Of a stretch of 64,000 bases of DNA, positions 10,737 to 22,013 are shown piece by piece. The number at the start of each line of letters is the position of its first letter. The first letter of the stretch is position 1. The stretch lies in the NCBI GenBank assembly GCA_965113315.1, contig OZ220370.1. One strand, 5' to 3'. Position numbers and translations under genes: made by a program. This DNA is from Podarcis vaucheri (Eukaryota). The notes under the pieces are model-generated. The model saw nothing but the letters and a program-made list of their open reading frames with translations. It was not told the origin of the DNA and did not search any database.

Positions 10737-13181
10737 ATGGAAATACTTCTCAACCTCAGGCAAGTTATGTTTATTTCCTTATATCTCTGTGCATGCATAG
10801 CAATGTGTGAGTCTTTCCGCTATTCAGTGGCAGAGGAAAAGAAAAGTGGGTCTCTGGTGGCAAATGTGCTAAAAGATTTGAGAGTGGATGCAAAGGAGCT
10901 GTCTGCTCGGAGAGCCCGGCTGGTTTCTAAGAGCTCCAAGCAGTATTTCCAGCTGGATCCTCATTCTGGGGATGTGACAGTAAAGGATAAAATAGATCGG
11001 GAGTCCCTGTGTGGTCAGAATGAACCATGTATTCTACTGTCTGAAATTGTGCTGGAAAAGCCATTGCAGCTACACAGAATTGAAGTTCAGATAGAGGATG
11101 TGAATGATAATTCCCCCAAATTCTCTAAAAATCAATTCCTTCTTGAAATACCTGAGCAGACTCCTGTGGATATCAGATTTCCTTTGGAAAGAGCAGAAGA
11201 TCCAGACAAAGGAAAAAATGCTGTTCAGAACTACACCCTTAGTCCTAATGAACATTTTAGGCTGGATGTGCAAAGTCACAGTGATGGTACCAACTATGCA
11301 GAATTGGTGTTAGAGAAACCGCTTGACCGTGAGGAGAATCCACAGATTTCCCTTATTCTGTCAGCAGTTGATGGAGGAATCCCAAAAAGAACTGGAACAG
11401 CACAAATAATCATTGATGTTCTGGATAACAATGATAACTTGCCTCAGTTTCCACAACCTGAGTACAAAGTGAAACTAAAGGAAAATAGCCCATTGGATAC
11501 ACTAGTCACAAAAGTGGAAGCCACTGACAGGGATTTTGGTTCCAATGCTCACATCACTTACTATTTCAGCCAAGTGTCAGAAAATGTGTTGAGATTGTTC
11601 AAGTTAAACAAACACACTGGAGAACTTACTGTTACAGGGACAATTGATTATGAAGAAAGCTCAAATTATGTAATGAAAATCAGAGCTACAGACGGAGGGG
11701 GCCTTTCTGCTTACTGTAAAGTCACTGTAGAGATTGAGGATGAGAACGACAATGCTCCAGAGATTACCATCACATCCATCACCAGTCCCTTACCTGAAGA
11801 CTCTTCCCCAGACACAGTGGTGGCCCTTTTCAGTGTCACAGATGTGGACTCTGGAGACAGTGGCAGAACTGCCTGCACCACTGAAGTCAACCTGCCGTTT
11901 GTGCTCAAACCCACAGAGAACAACTATTACCAGCTGGTGACCCAACAATCACTGGACAGAGAACAAGCCTCTGAGTATAACATCACCATCACAGCCACAG
12001 ACAGGGGCTCTCCCAGACTCACTTCCACAAGAATACTTCATGTTGAAGTATCAGATGTAAATGACAACCCTCCAGTGTTTGAAAAGCCATTATATGAAAT
12101 GAAATTAAGGGAAAACAATATTCCTGGTCTTCTGATCAATTCGGTCCATGCTGTTGATCTGGACACAGCGCAGAATGCCAAAGTGACCTACTCGCTTTTG
12201 CCTGGGAAGGTCAATGATGGCCCCACATCCTCTTACATCTCCATCAACTCTGAAACGGGGAACCTGTATGCCATCCGGTCTCTGGATTATGAGGAAGTAA
12301 AAGATTTCCAGGTGACGGTGAGGGCTGTGGATTCAGGTTCCCCTCCACTGAGCTCAGAAGTTCCCATCCGCGTTCAGGTCGTGGATGAAAATGACAATGC
12401 CCCCTTCATCCTCTACCCTCTCCAGAATGGCACTTCCCCCTCAAATGACCTGGTTCCCCGAGGGGCAGAGACTGGCTACCTGGTCACCAAGGTGGTGGCT
12501 GTGGACAGGGATTCTGCGCAGAACTCTTGGCTTTCCTACCAGCTGCTGAAGGCCACAGAACCGGGTCTGTTCACGGTGGGGGCCCAGAATGGAGAAGTGA
12601 CCACCCTGAGGCCGGTCAGCAACCGAGACAGCTTCAAGCAGAATCTGATTGTGGTGGTCCGAGACAACGGCCATCCTCCCCAGTCCACCTCTGCCACGCT
12701 CAGAATTCTCCTAGTGGACGGCTTTTCTGACCCTTATCTGAAAAGTGTGGCTCTCCCAAAGGAGGAAACAGTGGAGGAGGAAGACCCCAGCCTGACAATG
12801 TATTTGATCATCTGTTTGGCTGCCATCTCAGGCATCTTTCTCATTTCTGTAGTGGCCTTTGTTGTAATCAAGTTGCAGAAACGTGAAAAGTTCATAGGAA
12901 CCTACAACTCTGCAGCCAATTTCCCGGTGGGACCTGATTCCCAGGAGAACTCTGCAGATCCTGGTGCTGGATCTCTATCCCAGGCTTACAACTATGAGGT
13001 GTGCTTAGCTGGTGGGTCTCTGAACAGCGAGTTCAGGTTTCTCAGGCCCCTGTTTCCTGTTTTCTCTGTGGAGCCTCCTAACACTCAGCTGAATCCAAGG
13101 AGTGCCAATGATTCTGAAGGTGTCCCAAGTCATGCAGGTGAAAGTCAACATATCCTCCAGGTGAGAGTACCATTTGAATGA
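10737..13181 (+). CDS. PCDHB: Clustered protocadherin beta-like, subfamily B (B1)
   Basis: Six cadherin repeats and a TM helix with beta signatures [40 protein letters not shown]. Donor CAG|GTGAGA after 13160. Confidence 0.95.
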   Translation: MEILLNLRQVMFISLYLCACIAMCESFRYSVAEEKKSGSLVANVLKDLRVDAKELSARRARLVSKSSKQYFQLDPHSGDVTVKDKIDRESLCGQNEPCILLSEIVLEKPLQLHRIEVQIEDVNDNSPKFSKNQFLLEIPEQTPVDIRFPLERAEDPDKGKNAVQNYTLSPNEHFRLDVQSHSDGTNYAELVLEKPLDREENPQISLILSAVDGGIPKRTGTAQIIIDVLDNNDNLPQFPQPEYKVKLKENSPLDTLVTKVEATDRDFGSNAHITYYFSQVSENVLRLFKLNKHTGELTVTGTIDYEESSNYVMKIRATDGGGLSAYCKVTVEIEDENDNAPEITITSITSPLPEDSSPDTVVALFSVTDVDSGDSGRTACTTEVNLPFVLKPTENNYYQLVTQQSLDREQASEYNITITATDRGSPRLTSTRILHVEVSDVNDNPPVFEKPLYEMKLRENNIPGLLINSVHAVDLDTAQNAKVTYSLLPGKVNDGPTSSYISINSETGNLYAIRSLDYEEVKDFQVTVRAVDSGSPPLSSEVPIRVQVVDENDNAPFILYPLQNGTSPSNDLVPRGAETGYLVTKVVAVDRDSAQNSWLSYQLLKATEPGLFTVGAQNGEVTTLRPVSNRDSFKQNLIVVVRDNGHPPQSTSATLRILLVDGFSDPYLKSVALPKEETVEEEDPSLTMYLIICLAAISGIFLISVVAFVVIKLQKREKFIGTYNSAANFPVGPDSQENSADPGAGSLSQAYNYEVCLAGGSLNSEFRFLRPLFPVFSVEPPNTQLNPRSANDSEGVPSHAGESQHILQVRVPFE

Positions 13182-13209
13182 TTTAATTTCAAATATTTCT
13201 CCCTCTAGT

Positions 13210-14066
13210 TTGATAATAATTTTTATTAAATTTTCAATTTTACATTTTCAAACAAGCATTTAAAATATCCCATGACTTCCCTTCTCCTTCCATGATTCAT
13301 TTTTCATATCATACACCCTGTTTTACTATTAGCATTCAAATAAGTTTTCCACTTTTACCTCCATCAAAACTTATTTACTCTATTGTATTAATCTTAGTGC
13401 TGCCAGCATTAGCAGTCATTTTTCTTATATTCAGAAAATGTTTTCCACTCTTCTTTAATGTATGTTCTTATTGCTCTCTTATTTTATGTGTTAAATCTGC
13501 ATGTTCTGCATATCCTGTCAACTTAAGTTGCCAATCCTCTTTAGATGGGACCTTGCTCACTTTCCATTTTGGGGCTAATAAAGCACATACCCTAATTATT
13601 GCATACATAAATAACCTTTTCTGACACCTAGGAATTTTAGTTTGGGTTTTCCCCAACAAAAAGTACTCTGGTGGTTTTTTGGGGGTTTTTTTTTGGGGGG
13701 GGAAGTAGTTTTAAACATTTTTTTCAATTCATTATAAATCATTTCCCCATATACTTTTACCTTTTTACATGTCCAACACATGTGAAAAAAACTTCCCTCC
13801 GTTTCTTTACACTTCCAACATGTACTACATGTACCACGGACCACAATTGTTGCATACATAAATAACCTTTTCCGACACCTAGGAATTTCAGTCAACAAAA
13901 AGCGTAAAGTAGTTTTAAACATTCCCCCCCAATTTATTATAAATCATATATACTTTTATCTTTTTACATGTCCACCACATGTGAAAAAATATTCCCTCCG
14001 TTTTTCTACACTTCCAACATGTATTTGATTCTGATTTATAAATCTTAGCCAACCTACTCGGAGTTT
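13210..14066 (-). mobile_element. L1 LINE 3' fragment with internal duplication
   Basis: Minus ORFs 13468-13922 encode an L1 ORF2 C-terminus (CWKCKETEGSFFHMCWTC, KWK..VPSKEDW). Part of 13596-13825 is repeated at ~13845-14020. Confidence 0.75.
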
Positions 14067-14789
14067 GAAACTCTTCCGATTTCTATTCTATTCAGTTTTA
14101 CCTGTTTCCTTGTATTCTGTTATTGTTGTTTATTTCCTTGCAGAGAGGGTTGTAAATTGTTGTATCAATATTGTGGTTTGATGTGCCATAGAACATCTTC
14201 ATAACATTTTTAAACCCTCTGTATGGGAGGAGGAAGTATCACACAAAAGGTGAGATGCAGGTTGCTTCCATATGACCTGTTTATTGAATATCCATTCTTA
14301 CTACTTTTTTAAAAAAAGAAATAAACTTATAAAGGGGGGGAGGGGAGGAATGAGGAAAAAGGAACAGCTGTGTATATAAATTGATATGGTATTATTATGC
14401 TAATACTTATGTAGATATTAATAGCCTGCTACATTCTCTGTGTGCAGGACATATGGCATCAAGCAAAAGTTATCATACACTTTCCAAGGCATTTTCCTGT
14501 CACTTTCGTTATTGCAAAATGTTTGATGGGGGGGTGGGGTGGGAGGGCACCATATGCACCCTGAATTTCCTTGTATGAGATTGAAACCCATGCACAACAG
14601 TGTAGAACAACCACGGAAGAAAGCACTGTTTTATGATATCTGCACTCATTCAAATGGAAAAGAGGCATCTTCCTAGGAATAAATAGGTCTTCTCTTAATA
14701 GAGAAACAGTGAATCTGAACCTTTCCTGTTCAGTATAATGTGCACTGCATTCAGCATTATTTACTGGATCTTAGTGGCTTTTCTTTGCT

Positions 14790-14809
14790 CAGCCACACGG
14801 TGGTAGTAC
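14790..14809 (+). promoter_or_regulatory. CSE/CTCF-like promoter motif, gene A2
   Basis: CAGCCACACGGTGGTAGTAC, core ~259 bp upstream of ATG 15052. Confidence 0.7.
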
Positions 14810-15051
14810 AGGCAAAGACATGGACTGGAATTCAGAATTTTGTGAAGGAACTCACAAGAAGCCATGAGCAAAAAGGTGGCTGGAACAAAGGACGGGTGAC
14901 TTTCATACGCAATAAAGAGATAACATAAAGCACAGCAAAGGCATCGACACTGCAGCATGAAATTCCTTTCTACAGCAGCAGAGATTATCATTGGATGATT
15001 GTCAGAAACTTCATATTTTGGCCAGGCATTGAAGAGGCAGATTCTTGAGCC

Positions 15052-17481
15052 ATGGGAGACAGCTACAGAAAGGAACAAGGTCTGTATTTTTTGCTTTTCC
15101 TTTGTCTTCCTGGAGCACTGAGTATTTCACTTCACTATTCTGTGCCTGAAGAAAAGAAAAGGGGGTCTTTGGTGGCTAATGTGCTGGAGGATTTGAAACT
15201 GGGACCAGGGGAGCTCTCTGCTCGCAGAGCCCAGCTGGTTTCTAAGAACACTAAGCAATATTTTCATCTTGATACCAAGACTGGGAATTTGTTGATAAAT
15301 GATAAAATAGACCGAGAAACATTATGTGGCCAGACTGATCCTTGCTTATTACAGTCTGAAATTGTTTTGCAAAATCCCTTAAAGATCTTCAGTATTGAAG
15401 TCAAGATAGAAGATGTGAATGATAATGTCCCCAAATTCTCTAAAAAGGCATTTGATCTGGAAATTCCTGAAAACGTCTCTCCAAATACACATTTCCCCTT
15501 GGAATTTGCCCGAGATGAGGACCTGGGGATAAATAACATCCAAAACTACACTCTAAGTCCCAATGAACATTTCATGCTTAGCATGGAGAACAACAAAACT
15601 GGAAGAAAATATGTGGATCTTGTCCTGGAGAAACCACTGGACAGGGAGAAGGACTCACACTTTGGACTGACTCTCACAGCTGTGGATGGAGGGGAGCCAC
15701 GGAGAACAGGCACAGTTCAAATAAATATTGATGTTCTTGACATCAATGATAATTCCCCAGAATTTACTCATTCAGAATATAAAGTAAGGTTAAAGGAAAA
15801 CAGCCCACGGGGTACTCTGGTCTTCAAAGTGGAAGCTACAGATTTGGATTTTGGCTCAAATTCTCAGATAACGTATTCATTCAACCATGTACCTGAAGAA
15901 ATATATGATCTGTTCCACCTAAATGAAATCACTGGGGAAATCACCCTTTCTGGTCAGCTTGATTATGAAGAAGAAACTAGCTATGACATGAACATCAGGG
16001 CAACAGATGCTGGCGGTCTTTCAGGTCACTGCAAGGTCCTGGTAGAGATTGAAGACATGAATGACAATGTCCCTGAAGTGTCCGTCATATCCATCACTAG
16101 TCCTTTGGCAGAGGATTCTCCCCTGGAGAAACTTGTTGCTCTCTTCACTGTCACAGACCGAGACTCTGGAGACAATGGCAGAACCATGTGCTCTGTGGAG
16201 GCAAACCTTCCTTTTATGTTAAAACCCACTATGAATAACTATTACCAGCTTGTGGTCCAAAGTCCCTTGGACAGAGAGAAGGTCCCGGAATATAATATCA
16301 CCATCACAGCTGTTGACCAGGGCTCCCCCAGGCTCACTTCAACAAGAGTGATTAATGTTCAGATCTCAGATGTCAATGACAACCCTCCAGTATTTGAAAC
16401 GTCTTCATGTGAAATGCAGATACGGGAAAACAATATTCCAGGACTGCTCATTGGCTCAGTCCATGCTGCTGATCTGGACACCGAGAAGAATGCCAAGGTC
16501 ACCTACTCCATTTTGCCTGGGAAGGTCACTGATGGCCTTGTGGCCTCTTACATCTCGGTCAACTCTGAAAGCGGAAATCTGTATGCCCTCCGATCTCTGG
16601 ATTACGAGCAGATCAAAGATTTCAAAGTGACGGTGAGGGCTACAGATGGAGGGTCTCCTCCCCTCAGCTCAGAAGTTACTGTCCGAGTCGTAATCCTAGA
16701 CGAAAACGACAACGCTCCCTTCTTCCTCTACCCTCTTCAGAACAGCACATCCCCCTGCAATGAGCTGGTTCCCAAGTCGGTGGAGGCCGGCTACCTGGTC
16801 ACCAAGGTGGTGGCTGTGGATGGAGATTCTGGCCAGAACTCGTGGCTTTCCTATGAGCTGCTGAAGGCCACAGACCCTGGTCTTTTCAGCATAGGAGCCC
16901 AGAATGGGGAAGTGAGAACCAGGAGAGCCCTGAGCGAGCGAGACACCAGCAAGCAGAGACTCCTGATTGTGGTCAGGGACAACGGGCTCCCTCCCCAGAG
17001 CAGCACTGCCATGCTCCATGTCCTTCCCGTGGGTGGCTTTTCGGATCCTTATATGAAGGCTGTGGAGGTCAGTAAAGAGGAGCACGAAGAAGATGGGACC
17101 TTGACCTTGTACTTGGTGATCTGCCTGGCTGCAGTCTCCTTTGTGTTCCTTGTTTGCATTGTTTCCTTTGCTGCCATCAAGATCTGCAGGAGGGATCCCA
17201 GGGAAAGTTTTATCACTGCCCCTCCTCACTTCCCACCTGCCAGACCCGACATCCCAGAGAACGGTGGCGATTCTCAGAGCGGGTCTCTTTCCAGGAGTTA
17301 CCACTACGATGTGTGCTTAACCGGTGGGTCCTTGAGCAGCGAGTTCAGGTTCCTCAGGCCCCTCATTCCTGTTTTTTCTGTGGGGGACCCAAACCTCAAT
17401 GTGAACCAGACCCCTCCGCCTGCTTCCCAAGATATGCCTGACCAGGTGGGGAAAGAAGAATCAAAAGAAAAGGTGAAATAA
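15052..17481 (+). CDS. PCDHB: Clustered protocadherin beta-like, subfamily A (A2)
   Basis: Same architecture as A1. Weaker donor AAG|GTGAAA after 17472, with a stop two codons later. Confidence 0.95.
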   Translation: MGDSYRKEQGLYFLLFLCLPGALSISLHYSVPEEKKRGSLVANVLEDLKLGPGELSARRAQLVSKNTKQYFHLDTKTGNLLINDKIDRETLCGQTDPCLLQSEIVLQNPLKIFSIEVKIEDVNDNVPKFSKKAFDLEIPENVSPNTHFPLEFARDEDLGINNIQNYTLSPNEHFMLSMENNKTGRKYVDLVLEKPLDREKDSHFGLTLTAVDGGEPRRTGTVQINIDVLDINDNSPEFTHSEYKVRLKENSPRGTLVFKVEATDLDFGSNSQITYSFNHVPEEIYDLFHLNEITGEITLSGQLDYEEETSYDMNIRATDAGGLSGHCKVLVEIEDMNDNVPEVSVISITSPLAEDSPLEKLVALFTVTDRDSGDNGRTMCSVEANLPFMLKPTMNNYYQLVVQSPLDREKVPEYNITITAVDQGSPRLTSTRVINVQISDVNDNPPVFETSSCEMQIRENNIPGLLIGSVHAADLDTEKNAKVTYSILPGKVTDGLVASYISVNSESGNLYALRSLDYEQIKDFKVTVRATDGGSPPLSSEVTVRVVILDENDNAPFFLYPLQNSTSPCNELVPKSVEAGYLVTKVVAVDGDSGQNSWLSYELLKATDPGLFSIGAQNGEVRTRRALSERDTSKQRLLIVVRDNGLPPQSSTAMLHVLPVGGFSDPYMKAVEVSKEEHEEDGTLTLYLVICLAAVSFVFLVCIVSFAAIKICRRDPRESFITAPPHFPPARPDIPENGGDSQSGSLSRSYHYDVCLTGGSLSSEFRFLRPLIPVFSVGDPNLNVNQTPPPASQDMPDQVGKEESKEKVK

Positions 17482-19212
17482 TTTCCAAGTACACCAGTTA
17501 GTCACTTTGCATATGTTCTCGTATTGCTTTTGAAATTTATTGACAATATATTTTACATTTTAGAGCATGTTTCAGTTTAAAAATGATCTGTTTTTTTCAA
17601 GTCGATTTGAAACTTTTTTCCTCATTTCCCTCTGTCTTCATTGCTGGTCCATCGTCTGCATCTGATGTTTCCTCTCTCCTCCTCTCTTCTTCCAACCTTC
17701 CATTTCTCAGGCAGGGCACCTCTTCTCAGCCCGTTGTTCAGTTCAGATTCTTTCCTTCAGCCCTCCTGCAATTTAGGTCCTCTGCTTTTGGACTTTCTGC
17801 ATATTAAAACTCGCTCAGAACATCATAGCCACTGCAGATACACCAATGTGTCCCAGAATATACATACCTCCAAGGTGTGGACGACATACCTGTAGCTGCA
17901 GCTGCTGAAGTACCTGCACACAGGAGCCCTGATTAGAGCAGAATTCCCAGTTACATACATGGCATTATTTAGAGGGTCTTCTTGCTGGTGGCACCCCACC
18001 TGTGGAATTGCCTTCCATGGGAGGATCACTGAGTACCCTTTTCAGGGTTAAAGGCCTTTATCCAGGCCTTTAAACCATCGGCATTTTGAGCAAACAAATC
18101 TGGGCTCTCATAGTTTTCTGTTTTATATTTTGAACTGTTAATATGTTAAGGGCAAGTAGGCTGACTTGTAATCTGCCATTAGTATAAACAATGTGGGAGA
18201 GGGTAACATAAGCAGTATAGAAATCTGTATTTTAATGAGTCAAACCCTTGGTCCAGGTATCTTTTCAGACCTACCTGAGGATGCCAGGGTTTGAACCAGG
18301 CATGCTTTGTATGCAGAGCAGTTTTTTACCACTGAACAACATGCCCTTTGATGTAAGAATCAGGTTCTGGAGTTTATAGTTGCAAAATGGTGCAACAGAC
18401 TGAATTGAAGCCTGGCATTGTAAAGAAGTACCTTTGAGGATGGTGCATACCAAACCTAGGCTAGAATGAGCTGGTTGTGTAATGAGGGACTTTGGTGGCA
18501 AATTGGCAGGTGCTCTGCATTTTCTTAAATCTACATCACTGGGGGGCTTTTTCTGGAAAGGTTTCTTTTTTGGATTGTATCTTTTAGCCCAATGGTTTGC
18601 TGACATAGGTAAATGGGAAAGTCTAGTATGTGCTTTAATGGTAGTGAAACATATTCATAGTTCTTATTTAATATGGGTTTCTTGGCCAATGTTAGCCAAG
18701 AGGATGTCCTCACCCTGAAAAAGATGGTCAAACAGAGAGACTTTTGTGCAGTTTGCAAGTGAGTTCCAGTTGAAGACACTGACAGAGTGTGGCTGAGTGA
18801 GGAACAATAAAGCGATGGGGGAAGGAGATGAAAAAGTCCTATATGTTCATAGCTGTGGCAACTTAGTCAAGGCTGATTTGGCTGAATCACATCCCACCAT
18901 TATAATGAGAAATGAGGAGTGGAGACATTAAGTTCTATGGCTTATACTTTGAAACTTGGCAACATATGTTTTGTATAGTGCCTTCCTGCAAGTGCAGGAC
19001 ATGATTAGACATGGTTAAAATTGTGCTGTAAGATCTACTGAACAGAACACTCAGCCGTGAGTTCCCACCAGACTGGTGTAAGATCAAGCACATCAGAAGT
19101 CTTTACCATTGCTTGGAAGAGACTCTTGTGTTCCCTCCATTCTCCACACCCTCAGCACAAATTAAAGAAGCAACTTGGTCCTATCCCCTGAGCCAACAAA
19201 CATGTGCTAGAG

Positions 19213-19554
19213 CAGTGTTTTTCAACCACTGTTCCGCGGCACACTAGTGTGCCGCGAGATGTTGCCTGGTGTGCCGTGGGAAAAATTGAAAAATTCGAAA
19301 GATTAAAAAAAATGTCAAATTTTCGCCCACTAGGCGGGTGCTGGACTGTGTCCACCCTATTTTCCATCCGTCCTGGGTGGGGATCAGATCGGATGGGATC
19401 GGATGAGAGCGGACAGGCGGTCCGCTCTCATCCGATTCCCCATAGAGAGCAGCGGGGCTCTGACATCTCTCTCTCCGCACACAGTGGTGGTGTGCCTCGT
19501 GATTTTTTTCATGAAACAAGTGTGCCTTTGCCCAAAAAAGGTTGAAAAACACTG
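19213..19554. mobile_element. hAT (Charlie-like) MITE
   Basis: Perfect 15-bp TIR CAGTGTTTTTCAACC/GGTTGAAAAACACTG and 8-bp TSD TGCTAGAG (19205-19212 and 19555-19562). Confidence 0.9.
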
Positions 19555-20625
19555 TGCTAGAGAACCCAGAAGTGGGCAAGAGGGTTGGCGTCTAGGCAGC
19601 ATCCTTGGACCACAGCATAAGATGATGACCTGGGCTGCAATCCTAACCCCACTTACCTAGGAAGAAGCACCATTCAACTGAAGAGTACTTTCCTCTGATT
19701 AGACTTGGTTAGGATTTTGTTGTAAAACACCCCAGAAATACCTGGTGTCTAAAAGAGATAGAAAAAGATTCTGCTAGTCACAGCAACCACCTGAGACTTA
19801 AGTAGTATTGTCTCCCATTGTATTCAGAAACCTGCAGAAATGCCATTGGGGGTTATCAGCTGTCATACATCATAAATCAATTCCACGGGTGCATGTTGAG
19901 ATGTTCAGGATGGAACTGAAGTTTGGTCTGTTCCTATATGACATTTCATTGGAACAAATATCATTTCCTATAAACAACTTCCACACCACATGATGGATCA
20001 CGAAGTATTTAGAAACTTGTCTCTCTTGTGTTCTACAAGATCTGTATTATCTTACGTTATGAGATTTATACATAAAGTATAACTATCAATATAAACATCT
20101 GTATTAAGTATATTTATTATGGCAAGTGTCCTACTGTATTTCTGCCCATGGCTGATCGGAGTGCCATGTGTTGACTGAACTCTGTGTGTGCAGATATGCC
20201 AGGTGTCACAAGGTGGGAGACCCAACAAACTGGGCATAAGATCTGACACAGAGGTTCCTCTCTGGGCCCCAGCTATAGAGAACGTTCAGCTGGGAAAGAG
20301 GGGACTAGAGAAAGAATGGGGAAGGGAAGCAAGAGAGAGAAAGAATAGCGTATTTTTGTGGGGGGCACTGAACTGTTTTACTAATCTGTACAACATTTTA
20401 TACTAGGCTGCTACTTGTATATATCACATTAGGAAGATAGAACCCAGTTCAATGCGTAGTAAGTAACAGTGACTCTTCCTCACATGCCCATGTTTATAGA
20501 TGAATGTGAACTTTATATTGAACTGCACATATTCATCTTCTGTGAGGAAGTGAATGGCCAGAATGGCCAGGGAAACCTTAATAATACAGAATGCTAGCAT
20601 GTCTGGAAGGGCATGTGTGTGTGGC

Positions 20626-20951
20626 CAGTACTGGATTTAGGTATAATCTAAACAAGCTATAGCTTAGGGCCCCACTCTCTTGGGGCCCCCAAAAAAATTA
20701 AAGTAAAAAAACCTGGATGTACATTTCCAAAATATAAGATAAAAAAACAAATAAAATAAAACCTACATGTAGCAACAGTGTTTTGTGTTGTGTACGCTCC
20801 TCCGATACCTATTAGGTCCAGGAATTACCATATAGCATATATTCAACACAAAAAACAGCTACAGTTTATTGTTGACAAAAGACAGCTGGACATATAAAGG
20901 GCCCGTTACCTTCAGTAGCTTAGGGCCTAAACAAACCTAAATCCAGTCCTG
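20626..20951. mobile_element. hAT MITE
   Basis: 17-bp TIR CAG(T/G)ACTGGATTTAGGT with one mismatch and 8-bp TSD TGTGTGGC (20618-20625 and 20952-20959). Confidence 0.85.
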
Positions 20952-21752
20952 TGTGTGGCGTATGCTTTAGAGAAAGAGGTGCAGTTGCCTGTAGGACATG
21001 ACATGAAATGCCCTTTGAAGAATCGAAGAGGAATAGAACATTTACAGATGAATGCAATCTTCATATCGAAATGTGTATATTCATGAATCAGTCATCATGG
21101 CTGGGAACTCTCCTTCATTCCAAGCCTCTCTTTCCCCGCAGATAGACTGTTTTTATTTATTTATCTTTACATTAATAATGTAAAAGTTGTACAAAGTGGT
21201 CTACATAATTCTCCTGTTCCCCATATTACCCTCCCAGCAGTCCTGTGGGTAGTGTAGGTTAGGCTGTGATGGAGGGTTTGGGGAACAGACATTGGGAGGT
21301 TTCAGCAGCCTAAGAAATATAAAATATGACATAATAATTTTGGGAGCAGGAACAATGTTCCAAGGATTGCATTCAACTAAGTGGAATTGAAAGAGATCAA
21401 TGCATGTTAAAAAAACAATAATCATGCCCATAGATTTCAGTGAGTGTATACTGTGAATGCCTTAGATGGAAACAAATCATACAATCCATATTGTGTCTCT
21501 AGCAATTCATGAAACTAAAACACTGTATGGTGATAATACTATAATTTCTCACCAAATCATCATCATCAAAAGAAAAGCTTTATTTCATATCTCAGGTTCT
21601 AAAAAAACTCTTAAAAAGAAAGCAAGCTGGGAATATGGGGTTTATGTTCCATTGGGGTGGCTGTTCTCTTGCATCTCCACACGGATGCTCATGTTTACCA
21701 GCTCTTATTCTGGAAAATCTTTTGGTTTTTGTAACGCCATAACATAGTTCAA

Positions 21753-21774
21753 ACACAAGGTGGTGGTATTGCAC
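21753..21774 (+). promoter_or_regulatory. CSE/CTCF-like promoter motif, gene B2
   Basis: ACACAAGGTGGTGGTATTGCAC, ~261 bp upstream of ATG 22014. Confidence 0.7.
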
Positions 21775-22013
21775 AAGATAAAAGAAGGAAATTGGGGAGC
21801 AGCAGTTGCTCTCCTCAAGAGCTGTAGCCATTAGACAAAGGAATCAGCACAGGAAAAAGAGCAGATCCCTATTGCAAGCCAGTCATCAGAAATTCCAGTA
21901 GGAATAAGCAGGACACAGTGTCACATTCAGAAGAAAAATACAGTTAAGAAGAGACACGCCTTGGAATAGAGAAGAGGACAATGCCTTGCATTTCAGGAGG
22001 AGAGGCTGGGAGA

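Noticed and set aside
13135-13143. Upstream CAG|GTGAAA donor-like site in B genes
   Set aside because: Weaker consensus, phase 1, and absent in B5; no evidence of use.
14864-14899. Short uORF (GCCATGAGC...TGA) in the A2/A3/A4 leaders
   Set aside because: Shared only by recent duplicates and the TSS is unknown, so function cannot be supported.
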